Assembly: GCF_964204645.1 (NCBI RefSeq)
Contig: NC_134033.1
Location: forward strand, 578,131-642,130
Direction: 5' to 3'
Source: Tubulanus polymorphus
Lineage: Eukaryota > Animalia > Nemertea
Length of the DNA stretch: 64,000 nt
Shown here: positions 38,071 through 49,951 of the stretch, one piece after another
Layout of the letters: each line of letters opens with the position of its first letter
Numbering within the stretch: position 1 is the first letter of the stretch
Program-made: the position numbers and the translations under genes
The notes under the pieces: model-generated
The model's input: the letters and a program-made list of their open reading frames with translations, nothing else
What the model was told of the DNA's origin: nothing
Databases searched by the model: none

Positions 38071-40020
38071 TTTATGAAAATCTAAGCCTTTATTTTTGGT
38101 TCATATAAAACAAAATCGATCATCATTTTATAAAGAGTCCACGAGCTAATTCCGGAAGTGAAACTGTTGAAAACGTGATGAATAGAAGTTCCGGTTCTCG
38201 GAATATTATGGGATTTTACAACCGCACAGAAAAAAAACCCCGGAATTTTAACTGCAATAACTTTCTAAAAACGACAGTTTAATCAGATTCATACCGTATA
38301 GTGACATTATATACACATTCCTAAGCCTCATACATACAGTGTACAGTATGATGACTTGCATGAATTCAAACAAACACGTGTTAGGATTTATTTCTCAATC
38401 CTTCTTCCTGATTGGTCACGTTTAACAATAACTACGAGCTTTTCATTTCAAATTACCGTAACGACATCACCAGCTATCGACAACAAAAGATGAAATACTC
38501 GAAAACTATTAGAATTGAAATTTAGAATTGAAAAGTCACATACAGAATAAAAAATCAGAAGAGACGGATGCGCCGTCGAAATTTTGTTGTTTTAAATTTT
38601 GAATTTTAACTTTTGGTTTAAAAACCCTATAATTTGTATTGATTTTAATTCTGTATTACCTTTTAATAATTCTCCACGTGGCCTTTAAGGGGCATATAGT
38701 AATCATACCAGTCGGAGAGGAGTGAATAAAAGTACTTTTATGACGGATTAATTCATGGTTTTCACGAGACTCTCTCCTGATTGCATATTTACACGTATAC
38801 AACATTTTTAGGCGCATAGTCACATTATTACCACATTAAATCACATGACTAAGTGTAAAAAGCCCCAATGTATTCGACCGGTTTTTATTTGTAGCGATAA
38901 TAGACTTTGAGTTTTAGCTTTTCATCATTCGTTATCCTATCGGGGGGTATTCCAACTATGTATTACTACAATATTACTCATATCGAATGTCATAAGCTAA
39001 TGCAATCTAATCAGATAATAGTCGTCTAAATATAATGAGTCGCTGGTACGATAACCACACTCAAACGTGGTGAACAGATGATCACATCGTGTTCTTATAT
39101 TTTAGATTGTTTCAATTAATAAATTCTCGATTTTAGATTTCTTTCAATTTGATAATAGTGGGTTTTATCGTATCATAATTAGACGCTGCGGTCATGACAA
39201 ACGATGACGTTAGATGGCGCATGTGTGAAGATGTGACTGATCGATTATCACACGTACACGGTGCTGCTGGCCCGACTCCAGTTAGTACACGCAATTTCTA
39301 AGCAGAACAACGACATTGAAATCATTCGAATAAAATCTTACGCATTGATAACCTAAATTTTAGAAAATAATTCAGAATTATATAAGCTCAAGAGTGAGAT
39401 TGAAAAGAAGGCTGGTAGCCGTGACACCCTCCGGACACCGGTCCAGTCCCAGTATAATCGTGACGGACCCCATATCATCCTTACCCTTAAAATAGACATT
39501 TCGGTTTCATCAGAGTCGTATTTTTCGTCCGTAACGCAGAAATTCGTGACGTTCAGTTTATCGCAAGTGGAACAAAATGGTCTCTTTTAGTGCAGCTGTG
39601 TGTTATATTTGAGTCTACGACGTATTTATATAGTGCTGGGAATCCCCGCGTGGAAATCGTCGATATAAGTAGCTCGCTGTGTGTACGCGTACAAGCTGAG
39701 TGTGTAGTGAATCATAGCCATGTTTACCACGTAGCACTAGTGTAGTGTTTATCGTGTATTCGTAGAGAAAATAAAGCGTTGATCACCGTGCCTAGCACCG
39801 CTTGGGGTGGCTGCAATCGCGTCCCTACATTTCCGCTGTGTGGGTTTAATTCGACTCTGAACCCATTTCACTTGTGTGGGTTTGATTTTAATAAGTCGAA
39901 ATTCAAGATAAGTCGTTATTATTATGTCGAATTTCGACATAAGAAGTCGAATTTCGACTAAATAAGTCGAAATTATGAAAAAAATTTTCTCGTATGTCAC
40001 CTAGGGGCTTCCGTATCCCT

Positions 40021-40125
40021 ATGAGTCACAAGTACATGGTAGAACATCTTCACCCGTCAAGGGATTCGAACCCACTACGCTAAAGCTGGTGGAAGCGAGT
40101 TCGGGAGTGATACCTGACCCCTGGC
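40021..40125 (-). mobile_element. tRNA-derived SINE-like fragment
   Basis: Minus-strand B-box gggttcgaatccc in a SINE-like context; no complete cloverleaf. A similar head lies at ~6552-6602 (+). Confidence 0.35.
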
Positions 40126-40989
40126 AAGCGAGGATGATGGTAGAACAGTTCCTGATAATGATGTCACTGTGGGAAAGCCCTTCTAGATGGACTTCCAGGT
40201 GACGCTCTTCTGAAGGGCTTTCCCATCCAGTGGTGTCAGGAAACAAGCATCGATTAGTAGAACATTTTCAAGCGACTTGGAGCTGATGGACGGTACTTGC
40301 CTTATCAATTCCAATACCTATTTCCCTCCTAATGACAAAATATCAGTGGTGTATATCCATTGGTTACAAGTTGTACCAACAATTAGCTAACAGAAAGTTA
40401 GTCTCAGAACCATTCTATTAAGGATCAAAACAGTTGATCCTAAAAATGAAACCAAATCAAAAGATAATATGAATATTTATGATTCAGTATATCATTTATT
40501 GCAGACACTAGAGTTTCTATTTCTATTTCTAATTCAATTTACCAAGTGTAAGTCGACACATGACTGACGTCATCTCTATTTTTGAGACCCAATTTATATT
40601 TCTAATTCAATTTACTAAAATGTAAGTCGTCATCTGGATCAGTCATGAACATCATTTACAAAATTCACCAGTAGTGGGTAGTGGGAATTTAAGTCACAAT
40701 TTCCACAGTTCAGAATAGCCTGATTTTAGACATTCAAAACTCTGATATTCTGGATCCTGTTTCACGCAGTTGTGACTTAAATTTGAATCCGACTTGGAAT
40801 TATTTATTTTGAGATGAATCGGAGTCAAATCTTAACAAACGTCATGGAACTGTGTGTATCTATTGTCCAGGATTGATATATCGACAGTGGAAGAAGGAGT
40901 GTTTGGAGATAGCTACATTTTTTTTATAGATAAAATTCGGAAAATAAACGTTGAATTAAATGTTACTAAAACCGAAACCAGCGATTGAT

Positions 40990-43536
40990 TTATGAAGATG
41001 GCGTAGTTTCTGGTTGGAATACGGCTCGGTCGTTTGTTTTATCACCGTCGCAATCTCCGCAGAGTCCGGCCATTCGTCCGCCGAATTCCTTACGTCCGAC
41101 CGATACCACTATCGAGGCGTGTCCGTAAATTACGTTTATCTTACACGTTGGGTTAGCTACCCGGATGTAGCCGTGTCCGTCTTCGGATGTGTGTTTGAAA
41201 GCGCTGATATCGAGGCTAGCTTTAATCTCAGGGGGCACAACCAGTGACGATTTTCCCTTTATTGAGAAAAATACAGAAAAAGCTGTTTTTATGATGCCAC
41301 TTTTGGGACCAGTAAGAAAAAATCAACAAAATACATAAGAATTTGTTTTTAAAATGCCACTATTGGAAACAATGAGAAAAAAAAATCAACAAAATACAGA
41401 AGGAGTTGTTTTTATAATGCCGCCACTATTGGGACCGATGAAAAATATGAGGAATTTTACAGAGTTATAAAGAATGGTATTTTTCACTTTGTATTTGCAT
41501 CAGATTGAGCTAATTTTTTTTTTCTGAAAAATGTCAGGTGCATTTAATAAACGTATTGCAGCGGCGTTATAACAGACTTTAACAATCGATGAAATTAATT
41601 TGATAAAAATCTCTATCAAAAATACAATAGATACGTGATTACCTGATTATTCTTTATGCTGATTGGCTGTTTGAATTTCTTGAACGTGATAATCGCTTCT
41701 GTTACGTAGGGTATCTTTTTGTCTTTGATCATCCCGGATTTGATAGCGATTCTAAATGCGCATGGGTCAGAGGAACCTTTTCCATTGGTATTTACCAGTA
41801 AATAGTTTCCCGTCTCCGATAGAGTGTAGTATTTCTTGTCGAAGGTGTACAAATGCGGGTCCCCGAAAGCGATACAATTACATTCTGAAAAAAATAGGGC
41901 AATGATTAATTTGGCCTTTAAAAAATAAAAAAATGTTTCGTTTGAGGCCCAGACTTGGACTCAATGTTAGTGTTTTTATAGAGCATATAGGCATATAGAT
42001 TGTGAAATGAAATTTTTAAGTAATTTCAAACCTCTTGAGAAAAATTGAACGAATAGTTTGACGAATAGAATTGATAATCTAAAAATGACGATTAAGCACA
42101 TTGAAAAGATAAATTGATAATTTGAGAATTGCAACTGATAATTTGAGACTTAACATAGAATCCTCGGGAAAGAAAATGAGATATTATCAGAAATTCTAGA
42201 AACAAAAATAAAATGTAATTTTCACCGTATTTGTCGAATTCTTCGCCTCCGAGGAACTTCTTAACGGATGGATATTTCTTCTCCAGTTTACTCACTCGAT
42301 CCGGCCCGAGTTCTTTTTTCACTTTTTCTATCGTTTTCTTTTCCAATTCGACGACCGCTTTACCCGGAAGACCTGTCAATTTCTTGAACATCTCTGAAAA
42401 AATAATACTGATGAAATTTCGAATAGCCGAAACCTGCCCTGGAAATTGGCCACATCCTGGTCGGAGTTCAAATGCGTGCAATAACACAAGATGTCAGCGC
42501 GATACGGTTCAACCAAAATTCACTGATGATACCAGCAACTGTAAAATCATTCTAAATAATCCTAAGCCGCCGCTGTTACAAACAAATTATCGATTAAAAT
42601 CAGTTTTCGTTTCAGAGTCGCGTTAAAACCAACATTTCTAAAGTGCAGTTAAAACGAAAAACTTGTTTTTAATGCAGCGTTGAAAGGAAAAGTGAAACAT
42701 GTTTTTTTTTATTGTGTAGTTTGAATATCATATATATTTTTTTACGTTGCCCGAATTAGCCACCATGAAATAAGTGTTACGTAGTCCGCGTTAAGCTGGA
42801 TGGTGGCTGAGCGGAAGGTGGATATCGGGTTTTTTATTTTTCGGGAGGATTTTCACACAAAACCTCGAAAGGACTGCAGAAAAAAAAATAGAAAATGTGC
42901 GAAAATTGTGACGAGTTTGATTCAAATGGTGGAAGAAATTTTTTTTTTTTAGTTGAAAAGTTGTGATTGAAAAATTAATTTGAAAATCAAGGCTGACAGA
43001 TCCAAAATATTTTGAGAGAGGAGGGCGAGGGAGCCGGTATTTACCGAGAAGGCTGTTAGTCGATTCCCCTGTTGACGAGCCTTTGCCATCGGCAAGATTT
43101 CCGTAATCTTTGATGACGATTTTAGTTTTATCTTCCAAACTTGATTTGACTTCCCTGGAAACAAATTCAAAATGAAGAAACACGAAAAAAAACGTAACGG
43201 TCGTATGGGTCCGGTTTCACAAAAAAGTTTAACAACTAAATTTCTTTTTTTTTCTGTTTAGTTGCTACTAATGTATAACCATGGTTACTTCGTTTCGATT
43301 CTCAATGAGGAAACAGATGAAACTACATTCTATGAAACAGGACGCTGTTTTGAGATGCTGCTGAATCGTTTGGGAATTTTTTTTTTTGGAACATACCTAA
43401 CAAGTTGAAGTTCGGTGTTGTTGAATATGATAGAACCGTTCACTCCTGTTTGCTGTATCGTTTCCACACCTTCTGTCTCAATCACCGCACCGAAAACCAG
43501 CAAAACAGCAAAAACCGCCGACCAAGAATACATCAT
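40990..43536 (-). CDS. Secreted protein with a single von Willebrand factor type D (VWD) domain (~308 aa)
   Basis: Exons 43536-43397 (signal peptide), 43154-43045, 42393-42226, 41884-41643 and 41256-40990 are phase-consistent (927 nt). VWD motifs CIAFGDPHLYTFD and GLCGDCDGDKTND are present. A 5'UTR acceptor lies at ~43557. Confidence 0.82.
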
Positions 43537-45120
43537 TCAATCGCTCTATTCGAGTCCTGTAAATATTTACTACATCATTTCACATTGATAAGCCTAAGAA
43601 ACATGGCACCTTGTTTCTCCACTCTAATGAGCTTAGAAATTGACCCACCATGTCGCCTATCTACCCTGTACATTACTTATTTTTTTTAAAATCGTGATCA
43701 ATTTTACCATAACAGACCCGGCCGCTATAGAAATGAACCGATTACGAATTGTGTCATATTTTACAAAAATGACCCGTCCCTCTGCGGAGAAACAATGTAT
43801 CATTTTTGTTTAGCCTTAGCGTTACTATTTTTCTAAAATTGAAGACCTAAAACAGAAACATCTCAGCGACCGGTTCTATTAAAGACTCGTATTAACCTTC
43901 TAAAACCTGGTTTAACTCAATTCAATTTCAACCGACTTAACCCCCTGATTATAGTAAATACCAGCCTATCACCCTGACTCCCTGAAAAATATGCAAGTGA
44001 CAATTTCATGGGTCATCGAAAATTAGAATATCGACTTAAACTGAAAATCATCGACTCAGAAAATACCTCAGAGTGTGCGGAGTTCAGTTGTTGTTTCTGT
44101 AGAAGTTCACCGATAACTGAACCAAATGTTCTTATAACCGAGAGTATCTCAAATTAATCTAATTGATCGATTCAATGCCAGATGTGAAACCAACTGTGTC
44201 GTCGTCGTCACCCATAACCCCATCATCATCCTTCTATATGTAACAGCCCGGGTTCCCTATTGTTATGTACTTTAGACTTGAATAGAGTTAACGGGTTTGA
44301 TAATTTGAATCTCTGTCGTGTCATGTATCACAGCTGTATTACGTCATAGCAGAGGTAACCCCCCCCCCTCCCGACCGGAGCCGGAGCCGAACCTCTTCTG
44401 TCGACGATTTTTTCATGATTTCGATTTCATCTTATTCGGTGTGGATGTCGGTTCCGATTCGACAGTGATTTGATGCAGGCTTGACGGTGAACCAAGACTG
44501 TTTACCAAGACTAATGCCGTTTAACGGATTGGCCACCGTTGTCCTGCCTCGAAAGTGTGCGGCCGGTGGGCTAGTCGCGCGATCCCGGTCATGGTCACGG
44601 TGGTAGGAGCGCTGGACTGGGAAGCGTTTGGTTGCACTGGTCGAATCCCGAATCTATCGAGGGACATTTTCTTTTCCATTCACCGAGATTCGGAATCCCA
44701 ACAATTTTGGAATATTAATCCCATGGACGACTTTGCTCGGTGCCGACGAAAACCTGTTTTCAACGTCTATTTTAAGTGTATTTCGTAATAATGAAATATC
44801 CCATTTTAAACTTCCTAAATGCCAAAACTTCCTGAATCCCAATAAGCACAATCGTACATATTCGCGATGACCTATTTTCAAAGGACACGTGCGCGCATTA
44901 TCTGAATGTTTGTCTAGATAAAAGACATTTAAAAAACAACTTGAAGCATATTAACAATCGCCTGACACTCTGACATTATCTAGAACTCGAGTTCTATGGA
45001 CATTATAGATATAAATAGATAGCATACACTATACAAGGTTCACGGTTAAGATTTAATGGCCGCGCTAAAAACTTTCCGTTAACACAAGACGACACGCGAC
45101 TTCAGGATCCAGTCTCGAAG

Positions 45121-48100
45121 ATGCGCGGATCTTATTTCAATATCATTTTGATAGTAGGCGCACTATCGTTGACTACGGTTGCTATAGGCGTCGGCATAGG
45201 AACGGCGCTGTTATCGAAACAGACCTCGCTGGAAAAGGCGCGAGAATTACTGAAACAGTTTCCGCTCATCGACGGGTAAGAGAGAAACATCTATTTATTC
45301 TTCTGATATGTGCGTGAAGTCGAGATTTATGTAATTTACAAAATCATTGGCGGTCAAATCGTTGCGAAAGGAACGTGTTAAATCTATTTGTGTTTTATTG
45401 CAGGCATAATGACCTAGCGGACACGTACTATAGATTAGTGAATAATCAAATATACAAACTCGACATCAGCGAACGTCTACCAAACACGAGTTCACAGACT
45501 GATATACCTCGTCTTAGACAGGGCCTATTAGGGGGACAGGTACGTGTGTAGTAGGCCTACCTCACATTAAGCAGGTCCTCAGCCTCACAAGTAGGTACCT
45601 TCTTGGTTTAAAGGCGGTCTATTAGGGGGTTAGGTCGTATCTCGTCTTAAACAGTTTCTCCTAGAATCCCTAGAACTGATCAGTAAATGGAATATCCCTT
45701 TCGGATCTGATTTTAGTTCTGGTCCAGTTATGTCGGTTGTTCCAGTCAAGACAAAGACGCTGTGCGGCGTTTCATCGAGCAGACTGACGTCATCAAAAGA
45801 ATCGTGACGCGATACAATGACGTGTTCTCATTGGTGCGATCTGCAGACGGTAAGGATGATGTAGAAAATAAAATGGCCGCAGTTTCATTCGACGCGTGAC
45901 TTCCCTGTTCGCTTGCCAGCGTCCCACTGCACTCCCTCAGTACACCATGGCGTCCCTCCGTACACCATGGCGTCCCTCCGTACACCATGGCGTCCCTCCG
46001 TACACCATGGCGTCCCTATGCATAACGGTCCCATGTGTCCTTCTGCACTCCACGGTGGTCCGATGCTTGGAAAGATTAGTCATTATGGATATTGATAAAT
46101 CTTATTGATGAAAGACTTGTTATACTCAAATATCTAGATCACCTTTCAGATATAGACCGGGTGTTTAAGACTGGTCGTATAGCTAGTATGATAGGAGTAG
46201 AAGGCGGTCATGCTATAGACAGCAGTCTAGCAGCACTCAGAAACCTCTATGAGACTGGCGTCAGATATATGACCTTGACCCATAACTGTAACACGCCCTG
46301 GTAAGTGAGGTTCCGCTTTCCAAGATCCGCTACCTCCATAAACGCCCAATCCGACATCATCGGATCTGCTAATTTGATTCACATTGCGCCGTAGGTAAGG
46401 TGGTGACGTCATTGGGGGAATTTATGGAGGTTGCCATCATCTATTTCAACGGAAAGATAAAGGATGACGTAAAGATTAGTTCTATTTGATGTAGGAGTGA
46501 AAGTTGTTGTGATAAGAATGGCACGTATCGCCCAACAGGAGGTATAACAGCATTCGGCGAGGTAGGCGTTTTACCAGTTTCTTCTCTTTCTGAGATTTCT
46601 GGATTTGATTCATATTTTTCAAATTTAATACGTCAATATGACCCAGTTCTACAGTTCTGGAGTGGTGGACATATAGGCCTACCATCGAACGATGTAATCC
46701 TTATGTATCATATCTTAATGTCAACCGGAGTTATTTTATTTATTATATTGAAAATCGAACGCCCTCAGAAGCGATTTGTGGACCTTTCGCCTGCCATTAC
46801 CGCTGGGGCTGGTTCCTCAGTTGAGACTTAAGTCCAAAAATGGTCTTAAATTTCAAGACTGGCCTAAAGTTGTTACATTGGTTATAGAACTGAGGTCTTA
46901 AATTGGTCTAAAGTCTAAGCCATGACTATGGAACTGGGCCCAGGAGTTCTAGTCATTGGCACTCTCCGATAAAAAAACATTGTGGATGAGCGGTAAGGCT
47001 ATAGATCCGCCCCTAGCTGGGGTCTTGAATTCTATTTTTTTTTCTGTTGTGTTTTAGATCGTGATAAAAGAGATGAACAGGTTGGGTATGTTCGCCGATT
47101 TAGCGCACGTGTCTGCTGCTACTATGCGTAAAGTTCTACAAGTGTCACGTGCACCTGTCATCTTCAGCCATTCGTCTGCGTACGCACTATGTAATCATCC
47201 GCGCAACGTCCCGGATGATGTCTTGAACAAAATGGTATAACGCAGTCACCGAATGTTGGGAGAAATAGTGCGTGCCCCACTTCATGGAATTTGAACTTTC
47301 TGCTATCTTTCTGCAGGCCAAAAATGGCGGAGTAGTCATGGTGAATTTTCTAAACGGATTCGTCTGTTGTCCGCCATTGTGTAATCAGACTGGTCAAAGA
47401 GCCACCATCCCAATGGTAGCAGGTACGAGATGATGAGTCAGACACCCGGTCGTGCACTGCCTGGCCTGGTATTCCATGTGACAAATATTGACAAATCTTT
47501 TACCGTTTTTCCTTTAAAATTATTTTCTCTAAATCACAGATCACATAGATTATATAGTAAAAGCGACAGGAAGTAACGACCATGTTGGAATCGGTGCCGA
47601 TTATAATGGCGGAGATAAGTAAGTCTGCGAAGCGTCTGGTCCTAGAGATTATAATAATAGTCGAACAACAAGCGATATGTTGGGGTTCGAATCTCGTTTT
47701 AGTAAACAGTCATAATCAGTTGAGATGGTTCGAATCCTGAATATACAATTAGCAATGAAACTATCATTTCTATATATCTATTGCCTGCAGGTTCCCGGAA
47801 GGATTGGAAGATGTATCCGGATACCCGTATCTATTCGCCGAACTGATTGACAGGGGTTGGACAGACGAGAATCTGAAGAAACTAGCCGGTGCAAATCTGA
47901 TAGAAGCTTTCCGTAAAATGGAAAAGGTAAGACGTAGCCTCGGGTCCCCTGGTGGACTGCAGGGGTATCACCTCAAATGGCGTAGTAGGGTATCTCCCTC
48001 AGCCCCCGGCCTCAGCCCCAAAAAGGCATGTAGCAGGGATATCCCCCTTAGCCTATCGCGGCGGCGGATCAAGGATTCCATGAAGGGGGGTGCACAAATG

Positions 48101-48574
48101 CAAGTTGGGGCCGGGGGTCCTCCCCATAACATTTTCTAAGATTAGACGCGTGGAGACGCGTTCTGGGCACGATCAGAGTACGGGATTTAACTCGCAATAT
48201 GAATAGTGATGTTTACAACTTTCATGGACGATATGTAGAAAAGCGCTGGTTAATTGTAAACAACGATATATCAGTTTACGAATTTTCAGGGATTTTTCAC
48301 ATCCTTGTCTCTTCGTTCTCACGAAAAAGTCAGTCCGTAATTAATAAGTGAGGACTTAAGGGGGTGCACCCCTGTGATTCCGCCACTGTATGAAGGGCTG
48401 TTCGGCTGCAGTATTTATCATCCCTGCCTTCATCATTTTCAGGTACGCGATCGTTTGTCAAAGGATGAAGTACCGAACGATGAAGTCATCGACGAGCCCA
48501 TTGTAGCCAGCGACACCTGTCGGACGCATCGAAAAACCAAGGACGACATCGACACCAAACTTTATTTCTATTGA
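45121..48574 (+). CDS. Membrane dipeptidase (renal dipeptidase / peptidase M19 family, DPEP-like), ~423 aa
   Basis: Exons 45121-45275, 45404-45539, 45717-45849, 46150-46300, 46495-46561, 47058-47234, 47317-47422, 47540-47618, 47791-47926 and 48443-48574 (1272 nt). Motifs: [83 protein letters not shown] at ~45010; AATAAA directly after the stop. Confidence 0.93.
45941..46016. repeat. 20-bp tandem repeat x4
   Basis: tacaccatggcgtccctccg repeated in a dipeptidase intron. Confidence 0.9.
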
Positions 48575-49639
48575 ATAAAGTAACAAAATTAATCCCATCA
48601 AAATATTTTACTTCACTTTATTTTTGGATTCGAGGGACATAAACACCACTTCCTGTCTATCACGTAACATTAGAATAGTATTCTGGGAGTGACGTCATCA
48701 AGCACCTGCGCGCTTTCTGCTTGTAGAATGACAGCTGTTGCACGTGACGTCATAGTTGTTTGCCCGTCAGTGCTAGAGACATGTCGTCACGTTATAGATA
48801 ACACCAACAAAAGCTATAATCAGGGAATTTACAAACTTCAACGGTTTGTCATGTGAAATCAATCACTAAACATTGTGTATTTTACTGACTAAAGCGTTAG
48901 TCAGCGTGGAGATTAAAATGGCTGCAAGACCTGCTCAAGTACTACTAAAATTACTCATGATAAAATTGATAAATTCGTGAAAATAGTGGATATTTCCAAT
49001 ATCATCATTACATGATTAAATTACATAGTTCCATTTATCTCCAATAAGGTTCGATCTTCCGATATATTACAGACATTTTCAATATATATATTCTTACATA
49101 TTATACATATATACTACCGATACTCAGTATAGTTTACAAAGGCTTCATAAATATAGATGACATTTTAAAGGCTTGCGGTTTATATAAAGGAATAAAGCCC
49201 TTGTCTTTCCCCGGTGCAAAACAAACATTGACAAATAACAGCTGCATGTCTCGTGCCCCCATAAACCATTATATGACTAGAATTAAACATTTGGAATGTA
49301 ATAAAACATAAATCTACTTAAAATATCAATCAATATTTATAATAATAAAATGTGTAATAATAATAATATGTAGTTACATAAATATAATTTTTTGTCTAAC
49401 ATGTATAAAATGCACCACGTTTTCTCATTCGATGTTGCCAATAAAACGAACTATCCAGGATGCACGCTCACCGCCCTAGCAACTTAAGACTATATAGCAA
49501 CAAGTTTACGATTCATCATTCCCCTAAATAACTAATATTGACTAGCGCATTACTAACTAGTTAATGCTAATGACTATCATGCAAAAAACACAAACAAACC
49601 AACACTTTAAAATTTTGATAAAAGCCATGCAATAATTCT

Positions 49640-49935
49640 ACATGTTTATAGAACTATCGGTTATAACCAAAAGATTTTCTGGTCTCCTGAAGTTCGCTTT
49701 AACAAGGTTCCGCTGTATATACAACTATCATTTATAAAACGAACAGATTTTCAGGACTCCTGGAGTTCGCCGTAACGAGGTTCAGTTGTATATAGAACTG
49801 TCGCTTATAACCAACAGATTTTCCGGCCTCCTGAAGTTCGTTGTAACGAGGTTCTGCTGTATATAGAACTGTCGCTTATAACCAACAGATTTTCGGGACA
49901 ACTAAAGTTCGTTGTAACGAGGTTCCCGCTGTATA
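49640..49935. repeat. ~70-bp tandem repeat x4 in the permease 3' region
   Basis: tatatagaactgtcgcttataaccaacagatttt...gaagttcgttgtaacgaggttc repeated. Confidence 0.75.
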
Positions 49936-49951
49936 TATGTTATAGTTATAT

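Noticed and set aside
39496-39520. Minus-strand CUGAUGA-aacc-GAAA-UG-UC
   Set aside because: The core letters are present, but there is no helix II or helix I pairing and no fold-back context; probably chance.
44380-44880. GC-richer block between the VWD and dipeptidase genes with short ORFs
   Set aside because: No recognisable protein motif, splice pattern or terminal repeats; left uncalled.
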